From Pseudomonadota bacterium (lineage in GTDB: Bacteria; Pseudomonadota; Gammaproteobacteria; Ga0077536), in contig JAYWAC010000199.1 in the NCBI GenBank assembly GCA_043782755.1, positions 8,704 through 72,703 of the forward strand: 64,000 bases of DNA, written 5' to 3'. A program made the position numbers and the translations under genes. This document shows positions 18,118-28,768 of this stretch, one piece after another. A model generated the notes under the pieces. It saw nothing but the letters and a program-made list of their open reading frames with translations. It ran no database searches and had not been told where the DNA came from. The stretch's first letter is position 1; each line of letters begins with the position of its first letter.

Positions 18118-19923
18118 ATGATCACGCGACGCACTTGCGCCACTCTCGCGCTACTGCTGGTGACCGCCACGGCACCACCGCTCATGGCCGACGAAGCACG
18201 CCAGACCCACGCCGAAAGGGATCAGGACAACTGGCTGACCTATGGCCATGGTTTCAGCAATCAGCGCTACAGCACCTTGCAAGAGATCGACACCAGCAAT
18301 GTCGCGCAGCTCGCGCCCGCCTGGATCATGCAGACCGGTATGGTCGGCACCTTCCCCACCAATCCGCTGGTGGTCGATGGCGTGATGTTTGTGACCACGC
18401 CCTTCAATCATGTCATCGCCATCGATGCCGCCACCGGTGCGGAAAAATGGCGTTATACCCACCAGCCGAGCACCGACAAACTGTGTTGCGGCGCGCACAA
18501 CCGCGGTCTCGCCTGGGGCGCTGGGCGCCTGTTTATGATCACCGCCGATGCGCGCTTGGTAGCGCTCGACGCCAAGGACGGCAAGCTGGTGTGGGACATC
18601 CCGGTGGTCGATCCGATGAGCGGCAATCCGGATGACCTCGCCGCCATCACCCACTACGACCCCAAACATCACGAGGCCTTCGATCGCGCCACACGTTTCG
18701 CTGGCAACATGGCGCCGCTGGTCCATGACGGTAAGGTCTTCGTCGGCGTGAGCGGCACCGGTTACAGCGCAGTATTGAGTGACGCGGAGAGGAACAGCGC
18801 ATCGACCTTGGGCAGACCCGGGGTGCGCGATGGCTTGCGGGCTTTCTTGACGGCCTACAGCGTCGATGACGGTCATCTGGTGTGGCGTTGGTATGCGACC
18901 GCCGCCAGTGGCTGGGAAGGAGACTTCGTCGCCAAGACCGCTTTCGGCGATGCGCTGCCGCGCGATATCGCCGCCGAACGTGCAAATGCCGACCAATACC
19001 GCGATGCCTGGAAGACCGGCGGCGGCTCCATATACTCGACGCCGTCGATCGACGCCGAGCACGGCTTGATCTATTTCGGCACCGGCAACGCCTCTCCCGG
19101 CTACGAAGACGACAAGCGTCCGGGTGACAATCTCTACACCTCGTCCTTGATCGCCCTCGACATCGCAACCGGCAAGCTGCGCTGGTATCACCAGCTTGTG
19201 CCCCATGATCTATGGGGCTATGACGCTTCCTCGCCGCCGCTGTTGCTCGATCTGAAAGGCCCCGACCAACAGCCAGTGCCGGCGCTGGCCGCCGCCTCGA
19301 AATCGGGTTGGATGTATGTGTTGAATCGTCTCACCGGCGCACCACTGCTGCGCTCGCAGGCCTTCGTGCCGCAGGATGCGCCGATGTTCCGGCGCGCCAC
19401 ACAAGAAGGCATAGATGTGTTACCCGGCGCGGGCGGCGGCGCCAACTGGCCACCCAGCGCCTACAGCCCCCAGACCGGCTGGGTCTATGTGCCGGCCAGC
19501 GATGCCGCCACCCACTATCAGTTGGAGAAAAACGCGCAGGGCCGGGACGTGACTGTCTTGAGCTTCAAGACCGATGTGAAGCGCGCCGGCACCTTGTCGG
19601 CCATCGATCCCAAGGATGGCAAGATTCAATGGCAATTGAAGACCACACTGCCGATGATGTCAGGCGCACTGGCGACCGCCGGCGGCTTGGTGTTCGCCGG
19701 TGAATCCAACGGCGATTTCATTGCGCTCGATGCCAGGAGCGGCAAGCGTCTATGGCGCTTCGCGACCGGCGCTGGCGTCAACGCGCCGGCCATCACCTAT
19801 CGCGTCGGCGGCAGGCAGTATGTGGCCGTCGCCGCAGGTGGCCATGCCTTATTCAAGTTTCCGCTGGGGGATGCGGTGATTGCGTTTGCGTTGCCCATAG
19901 GTGCGCATTCAGACGCACATTAA
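18118..19923 (+). CDS. PQQ-dependent alcohol dehydrogenase (methanol/ethanol family quinoprotein), secreted
   Basis: Signal peptide; NWLTYGHGFSNQRYSTLQEI; vicinal Cys-Cys (DKLCCGAHNRG) characteristic of the PQQ-ADH ring-disulfide; eight propeller W-motifs. Confidence 0.85.
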   Translation: MITRRTCATLALLLVTATAPPLMADEARQTHAERDQDNWLTYGHGFSNQRYSTLQEIDTSNVAQLAPAWIMQTGMVGTFPTNPLVVDGVMFVTTPFNHVIAIDAATGAEKWRYTHQPSTDKLCCGAHNRGLAWGAGRLFMITADARLVALDAKDGKLVWDIPVVDPMSGNPDDLAAITHYDPKHHEAFDRATRFAGNMAPLVHDGKVFVGVSGTGYSAVLSDAERNSASTLGRPGVRDGLRAFLTAYSVDDGHLVWRWYATAASGWEGDFVAKTAFGDALPRDIAAERANADQYRDAWKTGGGSIYSTPSIDAEHGLIYFGTGNASPGYEDDKRPGDNLYTSSLIALDIATGKLRWYHQLVPHDLWGYDASSPPLLLDLKGPDQQPVPALAAASKSGWMYVLNRLTGAPLLRSQAFVPQDAPMFRRATQEGIDVLPGAGGGANWPPSAYSPQTGWVYVPASDAATHYQLEKNAQGRDVTVLSFKTDVKRAGTLSAIDPKDGKIQWQLKTTLPMMSGALATAGGLVFAGESNGDFIALDARSGKRLWRFATGAGVNAPAITYRVGGRQYVAVAAGGHALFKFPLGDAVIAFALPIGAHSDAH

Positions 19924-19951
19924 ATCCCCAACGCAGGCCGTGCTTGCGTTT

Positions 19952-19979
19952 GAATGTGCGATTGAAATCGCACCTACAG
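19952..19979. repeat. REP-like palindrome (ATGTGCGATTGAAATCGCACCTACAG)
   Basis: Same family core, between the convergent PQQ-ADH and SDR genes. Confidence 0.7.
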
Positions 19980-19982
19980 TGC

Positions 19983-20750
19983 TTATGTCAGCGTCAAACC
20001 ACCATCGACAATGAGCGTCTGACCGGTGACGAAAGAGGCTTCCTCGGAACACAGGAAGGCCACCACTGCCGCCACTTCGTCGGGCCGGCCGAGGCGACCG
20101 AGCGGTGTCTGCGCCGCCCAAGCGGGTGCAATCTCGCGCTCGAATCTTTCGCCGGCGTAGTAACGCGCTGAGTGAGTGTCGATATAACCCGGGCTCACGC
20201 CATTGACGCGAATGCCGCGCGGCGCAAGCTCGACCGCGAGATAACGCAGCATGGATTCCAACGCGGCCTTGGCCGGCCCAAGCAGGCCGTGACGCTCGAT
20301 GACGCGTATCGCATCGAAGCCCGACAAGGCCACCATGGCCCCACCGTTCGTCATCAGCGTCGCTGCATGCTGCGCGAGGGCGACGAAACCAGCAATGGTG
20401 ATGCCAAAAGTGCGCGCGAGATTATGTGGGCCGGCTTCCATCAGCGGTTTGAAAGCGGTCGCTGCGGCATTGGCAACCAACACATCGAGCTGCGCACCAC
20501 CGGTGCGTATCACTTCGAACATCGCCGCCACGGCGTCGGCATCACCGATATCAGCGCGCAAGGCGCGGGCACAACCACCGGCCGCCTCGATCGCCGCTAC
20601 CGCAGCCTGCGCGGTGTCGTCATCGCGACGATAATTGAGCAATACTTCGGCGCCCGCCCTGGCGAAGCGCTCGGCAACCGCGAGACCAATGCCGCGCGTG
20701 CCGCCGGTGATCAATACGCGCTGGCCAGTGAATGATTGAGTGGTCATCAC
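19983..20750 (-). CDS. SDR-family (short-chain dehydrogenase/reductase fold) oxidoreductase
   Basis: TGGTRGIG cofactor motif, NAA motif, PGYIDT C-terminal motif. Canonical YxxxK Tyr not evident (HGLLGPAK). Confidence 0.8.
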   Translation of the reverse strand: MMTTQSFTGQRVLITGGTRGIGLAVAERFARAGAEVLLNYRRDDDTAQAAVAAIEAAGGCARALRADIGDADAVAAMFEVIRTGGAQLDVLVANAAATAFKPLMEAGPHNLARTFGITIAGFVALAQHAATLMTNGGAMVALSGFDAIRVIERHGLLGPAKAALESMLRYLAVELAPRGIRVNGVSPGYIDTHSARYYAGERFEREIAPAWAAQTPLGRLGRPDEVAAVVAFLCSEEASFVTGQTLIVDGGLTLT

Positions 20751-20753
20751 GGC

Positions 20754-21905
20754 TTACCGATAGGAAATGTATTCGCGCCCGAAAATCTCGCGCGCCACCA
20801 CGCCCTTCATAATCTCCGGCGTACCGTCACCGATCTCGAGACCAATCACATCGCGCAGGCGCTGCGCATAGGGCATGGAATTGTCGTATCCCATCCAGCC
20901 GTTCAAGACCATGCAAGTGTGGATGGCCTGCACCGCTACGTGGGGTGCAAGCCATTTCACCATCGCCGCCTCACGGGTATGAGGTCGGCCTTGATCGCGC
21001 AACCACAGGGTTTGATAGGCAAGCAGACGCGCGGCATGGAGTTGCGTGCTGTGTTCGGCGATCTGAAAAGCATAGCCTTCGTGCCGCGCAAGCGGCTTGC
21101 CGAAAGTATGGCGCTGTTTAGCGAATTCGACGGTCTCGTCGAGCGATTGCTGGGCGGTGCCTATGCAGGCCAGTGCGATGATCGCGCGGTTGTAATCGAA
21201 GGCCTCCATGGCCTGCGCGAAACCGGCCGTGTCGGCACCGAGCTGGTGATCGCGCGGCACGCGCACGTTGTCGAAGAACAGCGAGCCGCGGCCGGTGAGT
21301 TTGCCGCCCATGCTGTCATACACCCGACGCGTGACACCCGGTGCGTCCAGTGGCACCACAATCGCGCCTATGCCCTTGGCTCCCGCCGCGCCCACCCGCG
21401 CAAACACCACGCAGTAGTCGGCATAACCGGCCATGGTGATGGAGGCCTTCTCACCGTTCACCACCCATACGTCGCCATCAAGCGTGGCGCGAGTTTTTAT
21501 CGAGGCGGCATCGGAGCCGGCACCCGGTTCCGTCAAACCAAACGAGACCAAGGTCTCGCCACTCGCAATCCCCGGCAGGATCTTCTGCTTGATCCGTTCC
21601 TGGGCGTACTGGCCGATGAGATCGGCACTGATCGCGCCAAGTTGCACAAACATGGTGAAGTTGTGATCGCCCCGCGCGATCTCTTCAGCGGCGATGCCGG
21701 CCATCACATAACTGCCGCCGACGCCGCCATAGACTTCCGGCACACGCAAGCCGGTCACACCCAGTTCGGCAAAGGCGCGAATGCGTTCGCGCGGAATGGC
21801 TTCACCGCTGTCCCAGCGCGCATAGTCGGGCGCCAGTTGCTCCAGCGCATAGCGCCGCAAGCTGTCGCGAAATACGCGTTCGCTCTCATCGAAATCGAAA
21901 TCCAT
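20754..21905 (-). CDS. Acyl-CoA dehydrogenase
   Basis: ACAD motifs (LTEPGAGSDAAS, WVVNGEKASIT, catalytic-region E). Confidence 0.85.
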   Translation of the reverse strand: MDFDFDESERVFRDSLRRYALEQLAPDYARWDSGEAIPRERIRAFAELGVTGLRVPEVYGGVGGSYVMAGIAAEEIARGDHNFTMFVQLGAISADLIGQYAQERIKQKILPGIASGETLVSFGLTEPGAGSDAASIKTRATLDGDVWVVNGEKASITMAGYADYCVVFARVGAAGAKGIGAIVVPLDAPGVTRRVYDSMGGKLTGRGSLFFDNVRVPRDHQLGADTAGFAQAMEAFDYNRAIIALACIGTAQQSLDETVEFAKQRHTFGKPLARHEGYAFQIAEHSTQLHAARLLAYQTLWLRDQGRPHTREAAMVKWLAPHVAVQAIHTCMVLNGWMGYDNSMPYAQRLRDVIGLEIGDGTPEIMKGVVAREIFGREYISYR

Positions 21906-21907
21906 GC

Positions 21908-22687
21908 TCAGTTCCCCTGAAATTTAGCCGCGCGCTTGTCGAGAAAGGCGCGTATGCCCTCGTGCGCATCCTGTGTCTGGAATAGATAGCTGACGGCCTG
22001 ACGCTCGGCTTCTATGCCGTTGTTAAGACTCGCCAGGGCCGCGCCATGCACCAACAATTTCGCCGACCGCAACGCCAGCGGTGGCAGACCAGCCAGTCGT
22101 TCTGCCCACGCATGCGCCTCGTTCAATACTTCATCGTCAGACACCACAGCGTTGATCAAACCATGGCTGAGCGCGCTCTGCGCATCCATGGGCTCGCCGA
22201 AATAGATCATCTGCTTGGCGATCGCCGGCGGCAGCAAACGCGCGAGCCTTTGTGTGCCGCCCGCGCCCGGCAGAAGGCCGAGCTTGATTTCTGGTACACC
22301 CAGACGCGCATCAACGCTCAACAAACGGAAGTCGCAGGCCAGCGCCAATTCACAACCGCCGCCCAAGGCCAGACCATGGACTGCCGCGATGGTCGGCATG
22401 GGTAAGGCTTCAATGGCGTTGAAGGCGAGCTGCAGAGCGGCGAGGAAACGATAGGGCGCGTCAGCGCCCTTCAAGGTATCGAGCGCGGCGATATCGGCGC
22501 CGGCGCAGAACACGCGACCGGCACCGCACACGATCAGCGCACGCAGCGTGTGGTCATCGCGCAACTGGCGGGCCAGGGCTTCGATCTCCGTGGCCATCGC
22601 GGTGTTGACCGCGTTCAAGCGCGCGGGTCGATTGAGCGTCAGCACGCCGATACCGCCGTCGGCCGCGTATTGCAAAGTCTCAAACAT
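21908..22687 (-). CDS. Enoyl-CoA hydratase/isomerase
   Basis: Crotonase fold: VFCAGADI, HGLALGGGCELALACDFR. A 2-nt gap to the downstream ACAD indicates an operon. Confidence 0.85.
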   Translation of the reverse strand: MFETLQYAADGGIGVLTLNRPARLNAVNTAMATEIEALARQLRDDHTLRALIVCGAGRVFCAGADIAALDTLKGADAPYRFLAALQLAFNAIEALPMPTIAAVHGLALGGGCELALACDFRLLSVDARLGVPEIKLGLLPGAGGTQRLARLLPPAIAKQMIYFGEPMDAQSALSHGLINAVVSDDEVLNEAHAWAERLAGLPPLALRSAKLLVHGAALASLNNGIEAERQAVSYLFQTQDAHEGIRAFLDKRAAKFQGN

Positions 22688-22904
22688 GTCAGCTCCTCGC
22701 TAGCGCATACGCGCGCGTTCGAATGGTGTTCTCTCTCGGCGATAGTACAAAATCGCCAAGCCGTCCGCGCGGCCCTTTCGAGCGACACATCCTGCTAGAC
22801 TTTCAGCGGCGTGGATGTCTCGCACTTTCCGCAGAGAAAGCCAGCGGCCGCCATCACATCTCAGGCAGCGCCTAGCGCGCCATTCGCGACAGGGGAGAAC
22901 GATC

Positions 22905-24548
22905 GTGCCTCAATCCGCAGCGGCCCTTGCGGCCGAATCCTACGATTACATCGTCGTCGGCGCGGGCTCGGCCGGATGCGTGATGGCCAACCGTCTGAGC
23001 GAGGATGGCGCGCGCGTGCTGTTGCTCGAAGCCGGCGCCTGGGATCGCGATCCGTTGATCCACATACCCATCGCCATCGGCAAGATTTTTCCCGAACGTC
23101 TGCATGACTGGGGCTATTTCTTTCAGTCGGACCCGGGCCTTGATGGGCGCGGCATCGAGTGTGCGCGCGGCAAAGTCATCGGCGGCTCGTCCTCGGTCAA
23201 CGTGATGGCCTATGTGCGCGGCCATCGCGGTGACTTCGACCGCTGGGCGGCAAGCGGCCTCGGCGGCTGGTCCTATGACGACGTACTGCCCTACTTCCGC
23301 CGCAGCGAAACCTGGGAAGGTGGCAGCGATGCCTATCGTGGCGGCGACGGTCCGCTCAAGGTGCGTCGTAGCCGTTATGACGATGCCTTACTGTCGTCCT
23401 TCATTCAGGCCGGCGGGCAGGCCGGCTATGCCATCACCAAGGATTACAACGGTGCCGAGCAGGAGGGCTTCGATTTCATTCAACAGACCATCCATCGCGG
23501 GCGCCGTTGCAGCGCGGCGACCGCCTATCTGCATCCGATCCGCAAGCGGCCATCGCTGCACGTGGTGGTGAAGGCCATGGTCTCGCATGTGCTGCTCGAA
23601 CAGGGGCGTGCGCGCGGCGTGGCTTACAAGGTCAACGGACACGCGCTGGTGGCGCGCGCGGAACGCGAAGTGATTCTATGTGGCGGCGTGATCGACACGC
23701 CCAAGCTGCTGATGCTGTCCGGCATCGGCGATCCCGAACAGCTCGCGGCCCACGGCATTGCGGTGCAACTGGCTAATCCTAGTGTCGGTGCCAATTTGCA
23801 AGATCATCTGTCCGTCATGATCAGTTACCGACGCCGCGACAAAGGCCCGTTTGCGGCGGCCATGCGCTATGACCGCCTGGCGCGCGCGATGCTGACCTCG
23901 TGGTTGGGCGGCGAAAGCTTTGCGAGCGATGTACCTACCGGCGTGACGGCCTTCGTCAAGAGTGCGGCTGACAAGCTGTTACCCGACGTGCAGTTCCTGT
24001 TCCTCTCCGCACCACTACCGGCCCACCCCTGGTTGCGTCCCTTCAGCACACCGGTGGCCGACGGTTTCGGCTGCCGGGTGGTGCTGTTGCGACCCGAGAG
24101 TCGTGGCCGAGTCACGCTGGCATCAAGCGACCCGCAAGCCTCACCGCTGATCACGCCAAACTTCCTCACCAGCGCCAAGGATCGCGCAACTTTACGGCGC
24201 GGCGTGCGCATGCTGCGCGAGGTCATGGCGCAGTCGGCCATGGACCGTCACGTCGAGACGGAAATCGCGCCAGGCCCGGCGACACTCGAGGATGACCAGC
24301 TCGACGCCTTCGTGCGTAAGACCTCGGTCACCGTTCATCATCCAGTCGGCACCTGTCGCATGGGCGGCGACCATGACATCGCGCGCGTGGTCGACCCGCA
24401 GTTGCGTGTCTGCGGCATTGAAGGTCTGCGCGTGGTCGATGCTTCGGTGATGCCAGACATGGTCGGCGGCAACATCAATGCAGCGGTGATGATGATCGCC
24501 GAAAAGGCTGCGGATCTCGTACGCGGCAGACCGGCGGCGAAGATTTAA
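22905..24548 (+). CDS. GMC-family FAD oxidoreductase (choline/alcohol dehydrogenase-like)
   Basis: YDYIVVGAGSAGCVMANRLSED FAD motif and GMC signature regions. GTG start at 22905 preceded by AGGGGAG. Confidence 0.82.
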   Translation: MPQSAAALAAESYDYIVVGAGSAGCVMANRLSEDGARVLLLEAGAWDRDPLIHIPIAIGKIFPERLHDWGYFFQSDPGLDGRGIECARGKVIGGSSSVNVMAYVRGHRGDFDRWAASGLGGWSYDDVLPYFRRSETWEGGSDAYRGGDGPLKVRRSRYDDALLSSFIQAGGQAGYAITKDYNGAEQEGFDFIQQTIHRGRRCSAATAYLHPIRKRPSLHVVVKAMVSHVLLEQGRARGVAYKVNGHALVARAEREVILCGGVIDTPKLLMLSGIGDPEQLAAHGIAVQLANPSVGANLQDHLSVMISYRRRDKGPFAAAMRYDRLARAMLTSWLGGESFASDVPTGVTAFVKSAADKLLPDVQFLFLSAPLPAHPWLRPFSTPVADGFGCRVVLLRPESRGRVTLASSDPQASPLITPNFLTSAKDRATLRRGVRMLREVMAQSAMDRHVETEIAPGPATLEDDQLDAFVRKTSVTVHHPVGTCRMGGDHDIARVVDPQLRVCGIEGLRVVDASVMPDMVGGNINAAVMMIAEKAADLVRGRPAAKI

Positions 24549-24603
24549 GACGTCGCGCCGCTCGCGTACTGACGAACTCAACAGACACAGCGAGGCAACA
24601 CCC

Positions 24604-25488
24604 ATGGCAATGATAGGCAAGGTCGGCGGCGTCGAAATCGGACGCATCCTCGACAGCTCCCTGCTCGGCTTCACCGCGCAGAAATGGTTTCCCGATTTCA
24701 ACCGCGACGCGCTGCGCGCCCATGAGCATTGGCTGTGCCCGCAGCATTACGACCCTGAATGCGGTCGCATCGCCATGCCGGTGCATAGCTGGTTCCTGCG
24801 CGTCGGCAAATATAACGTGCTCATCGACACCTGCATGGGCAACGACAAGAACCGCGCCGAGTTCGGTGAGATGCACATGCTGACCAATCATTATCTGGAA
24901 CGCATGGCGGCCCTCGGTCTTCAGCCCGAAGACATCGATTACGTGCTGTGCACTCACCTGCATGTCGACCATGTCGGCTGGAATACGCGCCTTGTGAACG
25001 GCCGCTGGGTGCCGACCTTTCCGAATGCGAAGTACGTGATGTCACGACGCGAATACGAAGCCGCGCGGGAGGAAGCCGCCAGCCCCGATGCGCCGAGCTT
25101 CATCCGCAATACCTTTGAGGATTCCGTCCATCCAGTGGTGGAAGCCGGCAAGTCCTGCCTGGTCGACGACGTGCACGAACTACTGGATTGTCTGACCTTG
25201 CGCTCTGCGCCCGGTCACTCTCCCGGGCATGTCCGCATCGAACTCAAGTCGCAGGGACAGCTGGCCGTATTCGCCGGTGACATGCTGCACTCGCCCATCC
25301 AGATCCCCTTCTGGCAATGGAGCAGCGTGGTGTGCTGGAATCAGGGGATGGCGACCCGCGCGCGTCGCGAACTGCTGGAATATTGCTGTGCGGAAAATGC
25401 GCTCTTAATCCCCGGACACTTCGAAGCACCTCACGTCGGGCGCATACGCGAGGCGGGCGACAGCTTCGCGATCGATTTCGGCTGGTAA
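24604..25488 (+). CDS. MBL-fold metallo-hydrolase
   Basis: HxHxDH motif THLHVDHVG plus downstream His/Asp ligands. Confidence 0.75.
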   Translation: MAMIGKVGGVEIGRILDSSLLGFTAQKWFPDFNRDALRAHEHWLCPQHYDPECGRIAMPVHSWFLRVGKYNVLIDTCMGNDKNRAEFGEMHMLTNHYLERMAALGLQPEDIDYVLCTHLHVDHVGWNTRLVNGRWVPTFPNAKYVMSRREYEAAREEAASPDAPSFIRNTFEDSVHPVVEAGKSCLVDDVHELLDCLTLRSAPGHSPGHVRIELKSQGQLAVFAGDMLHSPIQIPFWQWSSVVCWNQGMATRARRELLEYCCAENALLIPGHFEAPHVGRIREAGDSFAIDFGW

Positions 25489-25511
25489 TCCGCCGGCGGG
25501 AAAGCAGGCTG

Positions 25512-25991
25512 CTAGACCGGATAGATGATCGAATTCGGCACCAGGGTCGAATCGTAGATACAGTGGCGTTCACTGAAACGCCACTGCCCGTCCATCTCAC
25601 GCTGCAGACGATCGCGATAGCGGCCGGCCATGAGGATGCGCGGCAAGGCCTCGGGCAGCACTTCGATGACCGAGAAGTTCGCCACCGCCTCCACCTCGTC
25701 ATCCGCCTCGCTCATCACGCGCAGATTGGTGACGTGGTGACGCAGATAGCGCGGTTCATACATCATGGTTTCGCGCACCGCCGTCACGCGGTCCTTCAGC
25801 ATGTCGCGACTCTCGCAGCGCATGATGGCGAGCGGCAACCCGCGCTCGACATTCTCGCGCGCAATGATCAGATACAGGCAGTTCTCGGTGAAACACTCGG
25901 GCCAGTCCTCCAACGGGCCATCGTCGAGCGTTTCGGCGTAACGCGCGTAGAGATCTTCCAGTTCACGAACCAGAACGAGATTGACCGACAC
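25512..25991 (-). CDS. Aromatic ring-hydroxylating dioxygenase beta (small) subunit
   Basis: NTF2-like RHD beta pattern; GTG start 1 nt after the alpha-subunit stop (translational coupling). Confidence 0.72.
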   Translation of the reverse strand: MSVNLVLVRELEDLYARYAETLDDGPLEDWPECFTENCLYLIIARENVERGLPLAIMRCESRDMLKDRVTAVRETMMYEPRYLRHHVTNLRVMSEADDEVEAVANFSVIEVLPEALPRILMAGRYRDRLQREMDGQWRFSERHCIYDSTLVPNSIIYPV

Positions 25992-25992
25992 C

Positions 25993-27273
25993 TCAGAGTT
26001 CCATTACTTGACGATAGTACTTGTAGAAAGCCCGTATCGCGGTCTCGGTCACCATGTGCTCCTCATCGAGCGTATCGCGCCCGCCCATTTCGAGGATCGC
26101 GTCACCCCCGGGGTAGTGTTTCAAACCGTCCTGGGCGAGCTTGATGATCTCACTGTCGTCGCCGGACACCAGCCCCGAGACGCTCATGAGATTGGCCTGA
26201 CGCAGGCGTCGCGTGCGCATCGCCTCGTCATCATCGGCATAGCCGAAGAAGGTCCACGACAATTCAAAGGCGTCCGGCCCACGCGGCTGGATCTGGCGCA
26301 TGGCGATGGTGTTCGACTGCTGCTGGACGATGAGATTGGGCCAGATGGTGTGCATGACCACCGTCGCTGAGTCCTTGAACTCCTTGACCGGGTCAAGCAG
26401 GCGCGGGTCGCGCAGCTTGAAGTCAGTGCGCAGATTGGCGATGTCCTTGGTGTGCTCGGTGGCGGCTTGCGTACCGCGTCGCGAGATCAGCAGACCATGC
26501 CTGCCGGTGTCATCCATCTTGACCTGCGACTCCTGATCGGCGCGGAACAGACCGAAAGTCACCAGGAACACGTGCAGCAAGGAGGCGTGGTAAGGGTCCT
26601 TGATGTTCTCGAACATCAGTTTCCAGTTGCCGGGAATCAACTGCCGGCTATAACCCAGCACTGTCAACGCGCGACCGTCGAACACGCGCTCAAAATAGTA
26701 ACGATTGGTCTCGCCCAGGTAGTCTAGAAAATCTTCTACCTCTTGGCAGAAAGACGCGAACAGCACGCCATGATGTTCGGTGACTTTAAGCTGCCGCAGG
26801 CCGTGCTTGGATAAATCGAAATCCTCCGGCATACCGCCCTGCCCTTTCACACCGGCGCGGAACGGCACACCTTTCAAGTCGCCGTTCAAGTCGTAGGTCC
26901 ACTGGTGATAGGGACAAGTAAAGCGCATCGCGTTACCCAAGCGCTGGCGACAGAACTTCACACCGCGATGGGCGCAATGATTGGCGAAGGCGCGCAATTC
27001 GCCCTCACGATTACGACACACGATCACCGGGCGATTGCCAATTGTGGTGGTCAGATAGCTGCCTGGTTCGGATATCTCCACCGCCAGACCGACATAGGCC
27101 CAGCTGCGACCACAGAAGATGCGTTCCATCTCGCGCGCGAACACTGCTTCATCGGTATACAGCCAGTAGGGTACGCGACTGTATTCATGCGGCGGCCACG
27201 GCTTATGCGCCGCAGGTTCAAGGGGCGAGATATTTGGCGTGGGGTTCATAGAATTCCTAGACGTGCATGGCAA
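25993..27273 (-). CDS. Rieske [2Fe-2S] aromatic ring-hydroxylating dioxygenase alpha (large) subunit
   Basis: Rieske CxH-X16-CxxH (CAHRG...CPYHQW) and mononuclear-iron catalytic domain. Confidence 0.85.
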   Translation of the reverse strand: MPCTSRNSMNPTPNISPLEPAAHKPWPPHEYSRVPYWLYTDEAVFAREMERIFCGRSWAYVGLAVEISEPGSYLTTTIGNRPVIVCRNREGELRAFANHCAHRGVKFCRQRLGNAMRFTCPYHQWTYDLNGDLKGVPFRAGVKGQGGMPEDFDLSKHGLRQLKVTEHHGVLFASFCQEVEDFLDYLGETNRYYFERVFDGRALTVLGYSRQLIPGNWKLMFENIKDPYHASLLHVFLVTFGLFRADQESQVKMDDTGRHGLLISRRGTQAATEHTKDIANLRTDFKLRDPRLLDPVKEFKDSATVVMHTIWPNLIVQQQSNTIAMRQIQPRGPDAFELSWTFFGYADDDEAMRTRRLRQANLMSVSGLVSGDDSEIIKLAQDGLKHYPGGDAILEMGGRDTLDEEHMVTETAIRAFYKYYRQVMEL

Positions 27274-27282
27274 TGCCTGCGC

Positions 27283-28758
27283 TCAGGCTAGCGCGACATG
27301 CACATTCTTGATCTGGGTATAGGCCAGCAATTCTTCCAGCCCTTCTTCGCGACCCATGCCCGACTGCTTGTAGCCGCCGAAGTCGGCGCCAAGAAAATGG
27401 GCGCTGGTGTGATTGATCCAGACATAACCGGCCTCGATACGCGACGCCGCGCGATGGGCGCGCGTCAGATCGCGTGTCCAGATCGATGCCGTCAGTCCAT
27501 AGTCGAGTGCGTTGACGTCACGCAGCATGCGGTCTTCGTCATCCCACGGTATGACCGCCAACACCGGCCCGAAGATCTCTTCGCGAAACACGCGCATGGC
27601 GGGCGTGACGTCGGCGAAGACGGTGGGCTCGACAAACCAGCCCTTGGCCAAGGCCGGATCCGCCGGTCGACCGCCACCGCACACCAGGCGCGCGCCATCA
27701 GCCTTGGCGCTCGCGATATGACTCATCACCTTATCGAACTGCGCGCTCGAAATGAGACAACCCATGGTGGTCTCGGCGTCGGTCGGGTCACCGCAGCGAT
27801 GGCGCTGGGGAATGAGTTCGACGATGCCTTGCACGACCTGTTGGTAGACCGAGCGATGCACGAAGCAGCGCGTCGTTGAACCGCAGGACTGTCCGGCCCA
27901 CCAGAAATTCATGCCGCTGACCGCGCCTGAAATTGCGGCCGGCAGATCAGCATCGGGATAGATGATGAGAGGATTCTTGCCGCCCAGCTCGAGCGTGACC
28001 GGCATGATCTTGTCAGCCGCGCTTTTGAGGATCGCGATGCCGGTGGCTGTCGAACCGATAAGCGCGGCCTTGCGCACGCGCGGATGGGCGACCAGCGCCT
28101 CACCGCATTCGCGATCGCCGGGCAGGAAATTGACCACGCCCGGTGGCAGGGTTTCACCCACCAGTTCAGCCAGACGCAAGGCCGACAAGGGCGCCTGGGC
28201 CGGTGGTTTCATGATCACGGTATTGCCGGCAGCGACTGCGGGTGCCAGCTTGCCGGCGAGAAACATCAGCGGATGATTGTAGGCCACCAGGCGTGCGACC
28301 ACGCCCAGCGGTTCGCGTACTGAATAGTTGAGCGCGCTCGAACCCATCGGCAAGGTGCTGCCCTTGAGTTCATGCACGAGGCCGGCGAAGTAATCGATCT
28401 GCGCGGCGGCGATGACGGCGTCCTTGCTCATCTCGCGTACCGGATTGCCGCAGTTGATGGCATCGATCATCGCAAACTCAGCGGCGCAGGCCCGCACGCG
28501 CGCGGCGAGTGCGCGCAAGGCGGTCGCGCGCTCAATAGGCTTGACCTCGCGCCACCGTGTAAAGGCTTGGTCGGCCGCCGCGACCGCCGCTGCGACATCC
28601 TCGGTATCGGCCACCGCGACTGGGCCGAGATCATCTTGATTAGCGGGATTGAAGGTCGACGCGTAGCCGCCATGGGGCACGTGCCACGCACCGCCGTAGT
28701 AGAGGTCACGCTGCTTGGGCAATACGCCGTAGTGGTCTTGGGCTGTCTTCGCACTCAT
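27283..28758 (-). CDS. NAD(P)-dependent aldehyde dehydrogenase
   Basis: ELGGKNP and catalytic Cys region GQSCGSTTR. Start taken at MSAKTAQ (ATG at 28758); the longer ORF N-terminus looks spurious. Confidence 0.85.
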   Translation of the reverse strand: MSAKTAQDHYGVLPKQRDLYYGGAWHVPHGGYASTFNPANQDDLGPVAVADTEDVAAAVAAADQAFTRWREVKPIERATALRALAARVRACAAEFAMIDAINCGNPVREMSKDAVIAAAQIDYFAGLVHELKGSTLPMGSSALNYSVREPLGVVARLVAYNHPLMFLAGKLAPAVAAGNTVIMKPPAQAPLSALRLAELVGETLPPGVVNFLPGDRECGEALVAHPRVRKAALIGSTATGIAILKSAADKIMPVTLELGGKNPLIIYPDADLPAAISGAVSGMNFWWAGQSCGSTTRCFVHRSVYQQVVQGIVELIPQRHRCGDPTDAETTMGCLISSAQFDKVMSHIASAKADGARLVCGGGRPADPALAKGWFVEPTVFADVTPAMRVFREEIFGPVLAVIPWDDEDRMLRDVNALDYGLTASIWTRDLTRAHRAASRIEAGYVWINHTSAHFLGADFGGYKQSGMGREEGLEELLAYTQIKNVHVALA

Positions 28759-28768
28759 ATCGCTACCA

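Noticed and set aside
22688-22904. tRNA-like T-loop sequence GTTCGAATGG in the divergent intergenic region
   Set aside because: Flanking sequence cannot form an acceptor stem or anticodon arm; no tRNA called.
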